This document shows positions 8,535 through 17,251 of a stretch of DNA of 64,000 nucleotides, in pieces. Within the stretch, counting starts at the first letter, position 1, and the number at the start of each line of letters is the position of its first letter. The translations under genes were made by a program, and so were the position numbers. The notes beneath the pieces are model-generated. The model made no database searches. It was not told the DNA's origin and worked only from the letters and a program-made list of their open reading frames with translations. This stretch comes from an uncultured Candidatus Saccharibacteria bacterium (lineage in GTDB: Bacteria > Patescibacteriota > Minisyncoccia > Phycocordibacterales > CAZNKJ01), in NCBI GenBank assembly GCA_964574145.1, contig CAZNKJ010000001.1:16852-80851 (forward strand), given 5' to 3'.

Positions 8535-9524
8535 TTAAAAAGGCAGATTGTTTAATAAGTATCCATCTTCGTTTTTATTGAAAGTTATATTTTTTTGCGT
8601 GAAATAGGTCTGCATATTTTTTAAAGATTGTGCTGTTTTTGCTGAATCAGTAGTATATTTTTTAAGCTTTACTAAAGCCTGCAACGGGTCAATAAATAGG
8701 TTTCTAAGGCTGGTTAAAGAATCATACAGAGAAGAAATATTATTTATAAGCTCGAGATGGATATTTACAGCACTATTTGGTGTAGGTACAGCAAGAAGAT
8801 TGTCCACAATGTCTTTATAGCTCTTTAGGATAGAGTCTAGTTTCTTTAGCTCATTTGGTTTGTTCCCAATCACCGCTTTTTCAACAATATCAAGCGCTCG
8901 TTCTCTTCCAGAATTTCCATATATTTTCAATACAGAACCCATTTGATTTCCAAAAGTTCTTATAGTTTCTGGAGTTTCCTTAACAACTATAATATCATTT
9001 ATATTATATATTGTTGGGGTGGTAGAGAGGATTTTTTTAGCTTTTTCTAAAAGAATTTTTGTTTGTGTAGGGTCTTTTAGTTTTCCAGATTTACGCAAAC
9101 TCATATAATCAGTGAAAAATTGTTGTGAAAAAATCTCAGTAGAGTTTAAAGAAGTAGAATCTTTAGTAAGAGGTGCTACTTTTACATTTAGGTAGTCATC
9201 GGGACCTTTTTTGAGTGGGTTTCGATTTAGATCCACCTCTTCTCCATCTTTTGTGCCATCACCGTCTGTGTCGGGATTGTTTGGGTCTGTATTCCATAGT
9301 GTCTCTTCCCAATCAAGCAAGCCGTCTTTGTCACGGTCATTATTTCTAAGTTTTTTTTGGAGAACACCAGTTATATTTTTTTCCGCGAAATCTGTTTGAA
9401 TATTTTTGTTGAGAGCAGAGCTTTTTGAAGTATGGAATGATAAATATAGAAAAATTGCAAAAACAAAGAGCGTTAACAGCCCCCCTGCGGCAAATATTCT
9501 AATTGTGCGTGGTAATAATTGCAA
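8535..9524 (-). CDS. Membrane-anchored protein with thrombospondin-type-3-like Ca-binding repeats; first gene of the T4SS-like operon
   Basis: An N-terminal TM segment (IFAAGGLLTLFVFAIFLYL) is followed by the repeats DKDGLLDWEE...DTDGDGTKDGEEVDLNRNP, which fit the DxDxDG pattern. Confidence 0.5.
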   Translation of the reverse strand: MQLLPRTIRIFAAGGLLTLFVFAIFLYLSFHTSKSSALNKNIQTDFAEKNITGVLQKKLRNNDRDKDGLLDWEETLWNTDPNNPDTDGDGTKDGEEVDLNRNPLKKGPDDYLNVKVAPLTKDSTSLNSTEIFSQQFFTDYMSLRKSGKLKDPTQTKILLEKAKKILSTTPTIYNINDIIVVKETPETIRTFGNQMGSVLKIYGNSGRERALDIVEKAVIGNKPNELKKLDSILKSYKDIVDNLLAVPTPNSAVNIHLELINNISSLYDSLTSLRNLFIDPLQALVKLKKYTTDSAKTAQSLKNMQTYFTQKNITFNKNEDGYLLNNLPF

Positions 9525-9620
9525 AATAATACCCCCTTATTACCTTTTTAGTATACCGCACCTTAGCATTAGAGCTATGTGTGATTAATAAGAAATGTTG
9601 AAAAATGGATGTAAAATATT

Positions 9621-10418
9621 TTATCTTTTTTTAAAATGGCGCGTAATTTGTATCCAATTCTCAAGACTGATATCCTCAGCTCGTACATTGCTTGGAATAT
9701 TGAGTTTATGAAACATGGCTGTTAATAGTTCAGGTTTAATCAGAGATTTAAGATTACTTTTTAAAAATTTTCTTTTTTGTGCAAAACCTGTTTTAACCAC
9801 TTCAAAAAAAAATCTCTCATTTATGTCAGCAAGTTTTTTGTTATTTATATCTTCTATCATTAAAACTGCAGAAGAAACGTTGGGTTCTGGTCGAAAAGCT
9901 TTTTTCCCCACAGTTCGTATGTATTTAGGAGAGCCGAATGCTTTAACAGATATAGACAGAACACTTTCTTTTTCACCTAATGAGTGCCCCACTATCCTTC
10001 TAGCCACCTCCTTTTGAAGAAGAAACACTATCATCGTTGGTTTTATTTTTCCACTTAAAAAGGTTCTCAGTAGTTCACCTGTAATATAGTAAGGAATATT
10101 CGCAATAAGTTTAAAAGGATGTTTGGAAAAATGATATTTTTTTAAATCAACATCTCGCACATCTGCGATTATAAGTTCTAAAAAGCCAGAATCTATTTCG
10201 TTTTTAAATTGCGTAGATATTTTTTCAGCTAAGATAGGGTCTTTTTCAATAGTGGTTACATGGCCTGCGTATTTTAAAAGCTCTTTTGTTAGCATCCCTT
10301 TACCAGGTCCTATTTCAAGCACATAGTCGTTTTTTTTTAATTTCCCTGCTGCCACTATAGAAGCTAGAACTTTTTTGTCTTTTAGAAAGTGTTGTCCTAG
10401 TCGGGCTTTTGTTTTCAT
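9621..10418 (-). CDS. rsmA: 16S rRNA (adenine1518/1519-N6)-dimethyltransferase RsmA/KsgA
   Basis: GQHFL-D motif and the EIGPGKG SAM-binding motif; length 265 aa. Confidence 0.9.
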   Translation of the reverse strand: MKTKARLGQHFLKDKKVLASIVAAGKLKKNDYVLEIGPGKGMLTKELLKYAGHVTTIEKDPILAEKISTQFKNEIDSGFLELIIADVRDVDLKKYHFSKHPFKLIANIPYYITGELLRTFLSGKIKPTMIVFLLQKEVARRIVGHSLGEKESVLSISVKAFGSPKYIRTVGKKAFRPEPNVSSAVLMIEDINNKKLADINERFFFEVVKTGFAQKRKFLKSNLKSLIKPELLTAMFHKLNIPSNVRAEDISLENWIQITRHFKKR

Positions 10419-10498
10419 GTCTTAGATTTAGTTATGAGTGTAATGTAATGAATATTTCAGATGTTTTTGGACTCTTATTAGGAGTGAAATGAGTATAA

Positions 10499-12451
10499 TT
10501 AATCTATATATACCACGCTTCCACTCTCTTCCCCACTCCACTCTATAGTTTCTGTGTACACATCATCAATGTCGGTGATAAACTCTGACGGGATGTTTAT
10601 TTTCCGTGACCCAAAGATAGTTCTTATAGATGTGTAAGTAAGAAAGAGCTTTTTCTTTGCACGGGTTAAGGCTACATAAAAAAGACGTCGTTCCTCTTCT
10701 TCGTCAATACGCTCCGCTGAAATTTTTTTGTGAGGGAATAAGCCTTCTTCAAGTCCTGTGATAAATACAGTATCAAATTCCAATCCCTTAGACGCATGGA
10801 CTGTCATTAATTTTACAGCGTCTTTTTCTTCTTTTATTTCATCTTGGTCTGTCGCAAGAGCGGCGTCTTCTAAAAGTTTCTCCACTCCTTCTTCAGGGGT
10901 GAGAGTGTCGTATCGCATAGCAAGAGTTACTAATTCATGTATGTTTTCCAGACGTTCTTGTTCGTCACTTGTTCCTTTACGTAAAACTTCTTCCAGCCCA
11001 CTCTTTTTAAGTACAAACAAAATAGTTTTAGATATCGGCTGTGTTTGTGCGCACTCTCGTATTTGAGTCAAAAGATTTTGAAATTCAGCTACATTTTTCT
11101 TGGCTCGTGGTGAAAGGAGGTCTTCTCTGTGGGTAGTTATTTTAAGCAGTGTTACTTTCCCAATACCACGCGGAGGAACATTTACTATACGTTTTATGTC
11201 ACTTAGACTTTCTGGGTTAATGGCGACGCGTATAAAGGAGAGAATGTCTTTCACTTCTTTACGTTCAAAAAAACGGACACCCAATACTTGGTATGGGACC
11301 TCGTTTGCTAGAAAGGCTTCTTCAAGTGCGCGTGATTGAAAATTTGCTCTATACAAAACAGTAATGTCTTTTGCAGAGGTACCAGCGCTGATTTCTTTCA
11401 AAGATTGTTTTGCTATAAAAATAGCTTCTGCGTTTTCATCGTAAACAGATACCAAGGCAACTTTCTCCCCTTTTGGGTTGTCGGTAAATAATTTTTTCTC
11501 TTTCCTCTGTTTATTTTTTTGTATAATAGTATTTGAAACTTCCAATATTGTTTTGGTGGATCTATAATTTTGTTCTAAAAGAAGAGTTGTCGTTTTTGGA
11601 TATTTTTTTTCAAACGCAAGGATATTGTCAATATTGGCTCCCCGCCAGCTGTATATATTTTGATCTATATCTCCAACAACACAAATATTATTTTTAGGTG
11701 CTGTAAGAGTATGTGCTATACGGCATTGTACCAAGTTTGTGTCTTGGTACTCATCGATATGAATATATTGCCATAGACTTCTATAGTGGTTTCGAATATT
11801 CTCATTTTTAATAAGCAGATTCAATGTTTTTAGAAGAAGGTCGTCAAAATCAAGAGCTTTTTCGTTAAATAAGATTTTTTCATATTCTTTCCATACTGAA
11901 ATAATTGTACGGGGGTAAAAACCACTATTATTTTTTTCATATGATTCTAATGTTAAAGCGTTCCCCTTAGCTCGTGAAATAGAGCTTAATATTTTACGTG
12001 GCTCAAACTGTTTAGGGTCTACCCCAACAATTTTTGTTGCTTCTTTTATTGCGCGGATAGAGTCATTTCGATCAAAGATCGTAAATGAGCGTGGGAGTCC
12101 CAGAATCTGCGAATTAGACCTGAGGATTTGTACACCCAATGCGTGGAAAGTTGAAATGAAAGGAACCCCTCTTCTTTTTTCAATATTTTCATGGGAGTTT
12201 CTTGACTGGAGTAGTTCTAATACTCTTCCACGCATTTCTTTTGCCGCTTTGTTTGTAAAAGTGACAGCCAGAATGTTTTCTGGAGATACACCATTGTGGA
12301 CAAGATTCAGGATTCTGTGTGTGATAACTCTGGTTTTTCCAGCACCAGCACCAGCTAAGATTAGAAGAGGTCCGTTTCTATGCAAAACAGCCTTTTTTTG
12401 TTCCTCGTTAAGGTTTTTCATGTTTAATATAGAGACATCATACCATGTCAC
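10499..12451 (-). CDS. pcrA: UvrD/PcrA-family ATP-dependent DNA helicase
   Basis: The N-terminus LNEEQKKAV...LILAGAGAGKTRVITHRI carries the Walker A motif. Length is 650 aa with helicase motifs throughout. Confidence 0.9.
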   Translation of the reverse strand: MTWYDVSILNMKNLNEEQKKAVLHRNGPLLILAGAGAGKTRVITHRILNLVHNGVSPENILAVTFTNKAAKEMRGRVLELLQSRNSHENIEKRRGVPFISTFHALGVQILRSNSQILGLPRSFTIFDRNDSIRAIKEATKIVGVDPKQFEPRKILSSISRAKGNALTLESYEKNNSGFYPRTIISVWKEYEKILFNEKALDFDDLLLKTLNLLIKNENIRNHYRSLWQYIHIDEYQDTNLVQCRIAHTLTAPKNNICVVGDIDQNIYSWRGANIDNILAFEKKYPKTTTLLLEQNYRSTKTILEVSNTIIQKNKQRKEKKLFTDNPKGEKVALVSVYDENAEAIFIAKQSLKEISAGTSAKDITVLYRANFQSRALEEAFLANEVPYQVLGVRFFERKEVKDILSFIRVAINPESLSDIKRIVNVPPRGIGKVTLLKITTHREDLLSPRAKKNVAEFQNLLTQIRECAQTQPISKTILFVLKKSGLEEVLRKGTSDEQERLENIHELVTLAMRYDTLTPEEGVEKLLEDAALATDQDEIKEEKDAVKLMTVHASKGLEFDTVFITGLEEGLFPHKKISAERIDEEEERRLFYVALTRAKKKLFLTYTSIRTIFGSRKINIPSEFITDIDDVYTETIEWSGEESGSVVYID

Positions 12452-12756
12452 TTTTTTAAATTATTTTTATTAAAAAATATAGTTTTTACCGCCTTGTTAA
12501 GCCATTTAAGCGGAACTCAATTGTTGTCCACTTAGGGCTATTTTCTTGTTCTTGACTTCTTCGCTCTCATCGGTAGAGTAGGTAGCATATTACAGAGATA
12601 CAGAGCAGTAGATAGTCCTCCTTTAGGAGGCTTCAGAGTGACTCATTCCTTTAATTAACGATTTGACTTATTTTACCAAGTGAACAAGATTCTGACCCTT
12701 CATATAAGAAATTTCTCGGTCGGAAAAGCATACAAGCCACAAGTCGGCGATATTTA

Positions 12757-13764
12757 TTGAGCTTAGTTTTATTGAGCTTCTTTTTTGTATTTCCTGTGTC
12801 CGCTAATGCAAATATTTTTTCATACATATCTTCTTTTTTGTTTCCCAAAGATCAAGCGGCTCAAACAAACACCGCAGCTTCTTTAAATTCTCAAACTATT
12901 CCGCTTTTGCGCGCCGCTCTAAATATTGACCCAAATCCATCAAAAGGAGGAGGGGGTATCCTAATTGTAGGAGGAGTTTCTCTTTTATCAGAGACAGGTC
13001 CTTCAGGTACTATTGCTGATATTGAAGAAAGTCCTGCAACTTCAGACCAAATAAGTGTTTATGTTGTTCGTGAAGGAGATACTCTGTCTCAGATTGCGAG
13101 TATGTTTGGAGTTTCTGTAAATACCATAAGATGGGCAAATAATATTCGTTCTTCAAAAAGTATTCATGAAGGACAAACTCTTGTGATTCTTCCTATTTCT
13201 GGTGTTAGACATACTGTGGTAAAGGGAGACACTCTAAAGAGTATTACAAAAAAATATGATGGAGATTTAGGTGATGTGCTGAGTTATAACAATCTTACTA
13301 AAGATTCCCCGCTTGTAATTGGAAATATTGTAGTAATACCAAACGGAGAAGTTCCTGCACCAAAAGGTTCTATATATAAAAAGAAAAGGACTTCCCGCAT
13401 TGTTTCTAATGGTCCATTATATAAAGGTTATTACATAAGGCCTGTTAAGGGGGTTCGCACACAGGGGATCCATGGATATAATGCTGTTGATATGGGGGCA
13501 CCAAAAGGTACGCCAATCGTTGCTTCTGCTTCGGGTAAGGTTATCGTGAGCAGAAATGCTGGGTGGAATGGTGGATATGGAATTTATATTGTAATCAAAC
13601 ACAGCAATGGTACTCAGACACTTTATGCGCATAATAGCCGTAATATTGTATATACGGGAAATTCAGTGATCCAAGGACAAGTGATTGGATACATTGGCTC
13701 AACAGGACGTTCAACAGGACCTCATGTTCATTTTGAAGTCAGGGGCGCACGCAATCCATTCTAG
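12757..13764 (+). CDS. Secreted LysM-domain M23 metallopeptidase (cell-wall hydrolase)
   Basis: Signal peptide present. Two LysM repeats (YVVREGDTLSQIASMFGVSVNTIRWAN and HTVVKGDTLKSITKKY). The C-terminal M23 motifs are HNGTQTLYAHN...GYIGSTGRSTGPHVHFEV. The start is apparently TTG. Confidence 0.85.
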   Translation: MSLVLLSFFFVFPVSANANIFSYISSFLFPKDQAAQTNTAASLNSQTIPLLRAALNIDPNPSKGGGGILIVGGVSLLSETGPSGTIADIEESPATSDQISVYVVREGDTLSQIASMFGVSVNTIRWANNIRSSKSIHEGQTLVILPISGVRHTVVKGDTLKSITKKYDGDLGDVLSYNNLTKDSPLVIGNIVVIPNGEVPAPKGSIYKKKRTSRIVSNGPLYKGYYIRPVKGVRTQGIHGYNAVDMGAPKGTPIVASASGKVIVSRNAGWNGGYGIYIVIKHSNGTQTLYAHNSRNIVYTGNSVIQGQVIGYIGSTGRSTGPHVHFEVRGARNPF

Positions 13765-13888
13765 TGAGTAGTTTTTATTTTAATAAATAATCTGAAAGCC
13801 AGGTCTTTTATAAACTGAAAAGAGTTTATTTTAAGAAAAGTAATATAAAACATAATTTCCACATTTCATCAAAAATGATATGTGGTTT

Positions 13889-15442
13889 TCACATCACTTG
13901 GTTATTTTTTGGGCGATACTGCAGGGCTTCAAGCATATGGTCCGTTTCAATAGAATCTTTTTCACTTAAGTCTGCAATAGTTCGCGCAAGCTTAATGACT
14001 CTATGATAAGCGCGAGGAGACAGATCAAGTTTAGTTGCTGCTTGGTTAAGTAGCTCGCGAACCTGTCTATTTAAGATAATAAAATTATCTATATTTTTAA
14101 TTCCCAGTTCACTATTTGTGTTGATGTCTTTATTTAAATCTGTAAAACGTTTTTGTTGTAAAGCACGGGCTTTTACAACCTGATTTGCCATTTTAAAAGA
14201 CTCTCCTTTTGTTTTTTCCTCAGAAAGTTTTTTATAGTCAATAAGTGAAACTTCAATCCACATATCTATGCGGTCTACTATTGGCCCAGATATTTTTTTT
14301 CTGTAGCGTTCAAGTGAAAGAGGTGAGCAGTTGCATTGTTTGTTGCTACCAAAATTACCGCAAGGACATGGGTTTAGAGCAGCTATTAGAATAAAATTAG
14401 CGGGAAAGTGAGCTGTCCCTTTTGATCGAGCTATTGTTATAGATCTTTCTTCTAATGGCTCGCGTAGAGATTCAATCACCCTTCTGTCAAATTCTGGAAA
14501 TTCATCAAGAAAAAGAACTCCACGATGTGCCAGAGTGACCTCTCCTGGGCGTGGTACAGTACCTCCTCCTACTATTGATACGTATGAAGACGTGTGATGG
14601 GGTGATCTAAAAGGAGGAGATGTTACGAGGTTGTTTTCTAATGCTCCGGCAATAGAGTGGATACCTGTGGTTTCAAGTACAGCTTCTAGATTAAGGGGTG
14701 GAAGAATTGATGTAAAAGCGCGTGCAAGCATTGTCTTTCCAGTACCAGGAGGTCCATAAAGGGCGATATTATGGCCGCCAGATGCGGCAATCAGAAGACC
14801 CCTTTTTGCAGTTTCTTGCCCTCTAATATCATCCATTTCAACAGAGTAAGGTGGAGTAATATAGGATATTTTTGTTTTCTTATGTGGAGAAAGTATCTTT
14901 TGTACACCTTCCCCATCTTTCTTTTTTAGATTTAAATGATCAATAAGTTCACGAAGTGTCTGTACTCCGTAAACTTTGATCCCTTTGACAAGAGATCCTT
15001 CCTTTGCATTTTTAAAAGGTAGGAATATTTCCTTGAACCCATTCTTCTTCGCATTTAAGACAAGCGGTAAAATCCCACGAATAGGTTGTAATTCTCCATC
15101 AAGAGAAAGCTCCCCAAGGAATATCTTTTTTTCTGGATCAAAGGTTATATCTCCAGTAGCAAGTAGATAAGCAAGAGCTATTCCAACGTCAAAAATCGGA
15201 CCTTCTTTTTTAAGATTAGCGGGAGCCAGAGAGATGACTACTTTTTGATTTTTACTTTTAGGAGAATCATAACCTGTATTTTTTATTGCAGCCGAAACGC
15301 GATCTTTAGATTCCTCAACAGCTTTATCAGGAAGACCTACAAGTGAAAAAGCGTGGAGTCCTCGCGAGAGGTCAATTTCTATAGAAATGGTTTGAGCTTT
15401 AAGAATGGAAGTCTGCGCACTGTATACTTTTGCAAAGCTCAT
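13889..15442 (-). CDS. comM: YifB/ComM-family Mg-chelatase-like AAA+ ATPase
   Basis: An N-terminal Lon-like domain, Walker A GPPGTGKTMLA, and a C-terminal Mg-chelatase subunit ChlI-like region; 517 aa. Confidence 0.85.
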   Translation of the reverse strand: MSFAKVYSAQTSILKAQTISIEIDLSRGLHAFSLVGLPDKAVEESKDRVSAAIKNTGYDSPKSKNQKVVISLAPANLKKEGPIFDVGIALAYLLATGDITFDPEKKIFLGELSLDGELQPIRGILPLVLNAKKNGFKEIFLPFKNAKEGSLVKGIKVYGVQTLRELIDHLNLKKKDGEGVQKILSPHKKTKISYITPPYSVEMDDIRGQETAKRGLLIAASGGHNIALYGPPGTGKTMLARAFTSILPPLNLEAVLETTGIHSIAGALENNLVTSPPFRSPHHTSSYVSIVGGGTVPRPGEVTLAHRGVLFLDEFPEFDRRVIESLREPLEERSITIARSKGTAHFPANFILIAALNPCPCGNFGSNKQCNCSPLSLERYRKKISGPIVDRIDMWIEVSLIDYKKLSEEKTKGESFKMANQVVKARALQQKRFTDLNKDINTNSELGIKNIDNFIILNRQVRELLNQAATKLDLSPRAYHRVIKLARTIADLSEKDSIETDHMLEALQYRPKNNQVM

Positions 15443-15463
15443 TTGTAAATTTTGTACGCTACT

Positions 15464-15838
15464 TTATTCTTCTTTGTGTGTTATGCAGGTGTTTGCTGCG
15501 GGATTTGCGAAAAGACGTTCTTTTTCTATGGGTTTATTGTCAATTTTACATACCCCATATGTTCCCATTTCTATACGGGAAAGAGCTTTTTCTACCTCAT
15601 TAAAACGTATCTCGAGCTCCTTTAAAGTAGCTGTGTTTTCTTCAAAAGCCTCAATACGATCAGCTGATTCATTACTGTCTGCTTTTTGAGTATCCATTTT
15701 CTCAGGAACAGGTTCCCAATCTGCTGGATTGGTAGGATTTCGTTGGCCAATACGAGATAACTCCTCGTCAAGAATCTTTCTTTCTGTTTTTAATTTAGAA
15801 CGTAATTCGTTAAGTTCTTCTGATGATATGTGTGTCAT
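15464..15838 (-). CDS. DksA/TraR-family C4-type zinc-finger protein (YteA/YocK-like)
   Basis: Coiled-coil N-terminus and a C-terminal YGVCKIDNKPIEKERLFANPAANTCITH, the two-Cys variant of the family. Confidence 0.55.
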   Translation of the reverse strand: MTHISSEELNELRSKLKTERKILDEELSRIGQRNPTNPADWEPVPEKMDTQKADSNESADRIEAFEENTATLKELEIRFNEVEKALSRIEMGTYGVCKIDNKPIEKERLFANPAANTCITHKEE

Positions 15839-15872
15839 AGTTCTAGTTTAGCAGACTGCTTACTTGTAGTCA

Positions 15873-17219
15873 CTATCGCGATACACGTTTGGCACTCATG
15901 CGTTCAAATATTTCAATCAAGGCTTCTTTACTTGTTGTGATTATGAGAGTTTTTTTGTCTACAAATGAATAAAGGAGAATTATTTCTCCTAGAGAGTTAT
16001 AAAGAATTCTAGTGTCTTTATTTTCAATAATTTTGTCTTGAAAATTTGATCGTGATATACGAGGAGAGTCATCCTTATTTTTTATAATTGAGATTCTAGA
16101 AAGAGGAGATATAAACAGAGGAGAGAGGTCTTTAGCTATGTACTCTTCCCACACTAGCATGTCAGCAAAAACGTTTTCAAAGAAAGTTGGTTTGAGAATT
16201 AAAAAAATCTCCACACGATTTTTTTTGTAAAATCCGAGCATGTATTTGTCACTAAAAGATCGAGAAAGAGATTTAGGTGCATGAGTTCCAATCCGTAAAA
16301 GAAGATCCGATACAGTGAGGTTTGCATCTTCGGACTCCCCAACTTTTAATTGTAAATTAGTAATTGAGTCTGTTGGTATGGAAGTTTTGTTTTTTTTATT
16401 TATGATAGCCTTCTGGAAGTCTTTACCATAAAGCTTCTTTATAGATAGGTCTATATTTTTTTCAGCAAATACGAGGGTACTGATTTCAAGAAAAGGAGGC
16501 TTCTCTTTTTCGGAGAACAAGAAAATATATGCTCCATAAAGAACACCAGAACCTACAACAATAAAGAAGAAACTCAACAGAAGTATTTTTAGTGCAGAAT
16601 GTTTATTATGAGAATTAGAAATTTCTACTGGGCGAAGATTTGTTTCGTCCTCACGCCGTTGCTTAAGTAATTGTTCTGCGCTTTTTGTCTCACCTTCTTT
16701 CTTTTTTGGCGGTATTATATCTGCGTATTTAGGATTTTTTTTAATTGGTTTGAGAGGGTTTTCTTTTGTCCTTGTAATAAATGGTTTTTTAAACTTAGAA
16801 GATGCTTGCAACAGATTGTCTTGTACACGTTTTTTTTCTTTTTGTATACGAGCTTCTTCTGTTAAGTTTTTGTTATCTTCCGTTAGGCGCTTTTTTGTAC
16901 GTTCCGTTTCTTTTTGTTTAATTGAAATTTTAGATCCGCCAGATTTTCGAAGAGCTTCAGCAATGTCATCTTTGTAGGTACGTAAGGGGCGTAATATATT
17001 CCATTGGTTTTTTGCCTTTTGAACAGTAGGTGCTGTTTTGTCAGATTTTTGTGTCACAGATAAGCCACCGCGCATGAGTTCTTTTTTTATTTCATCGGCA
17101 TTTGGAATTTTGCTTGGTTTTTCTTTAAATTTAGGAACAAAAGAAACTCCGCCGACAGCACCTTGAGTGGGGGTATTTTTTTGCGGTATTTTTTTGGGTT
17201 GTATATTACGTTCTTCCAT
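15873..17219 (-). CDS. Hypothetical lysine-rich single-pass membrane protein
   Basis: 448 aa with a K/E-rich N-terminal half, one TM segment (ALKILLLSFFFIVVGSGVLYGAYIFLF) and a C-terminal globular domain of unknown function. Confidence 0.4.
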   Translation of the reverse strand: MEERNIQPKKIPQKNTPTQGAVGGVSFVPKFKEKPSKIPNADEIKKELMRGGLSVTQKSDKTAPTVQKAKNQWNILRPLRTYKDDIAEALRKSGGSKISIKQKETERTKKRLTEDNKNLTEEARIQKEKKRVQDNLLQASSKFKKPFITRTKENPLKPIKKNPKYADIIPPKKKEGETKSAEQLLKQRREDETNLRPVEISNSHNKHSALKILLLSFFFIVVGSGVLYGAYIFLFSEKEKPPFLEISTLVFAEKNIDLSIKKLYGKDFQKAIINKKNKTSIPTDSITNLQLKVGESEDANLTVSDLLLRIGTHAPKSLSRSFSDKYMLGFYKKNRVEIFLILKPTFFENVFADMLVWEEYIAKDLSPLFISPLSRISIIKNKDDSPRISRSNFQDKIIENKDTRILYNSLGEIILLYSFVDKKTLIITTSKEALIEIFERMSAKRVSR

Positions 17220-17251
17220 TTTTTGTTTACTTTGTGCTAAATACTAGTTTC

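Noticed and set aside
12618-12640. The string CCTCCTTT resembling the 16S rRNA 3' end
   Set aside because: It is too short, there is no flanking rRNA-like sequence, and it forms a local hairpin instead.
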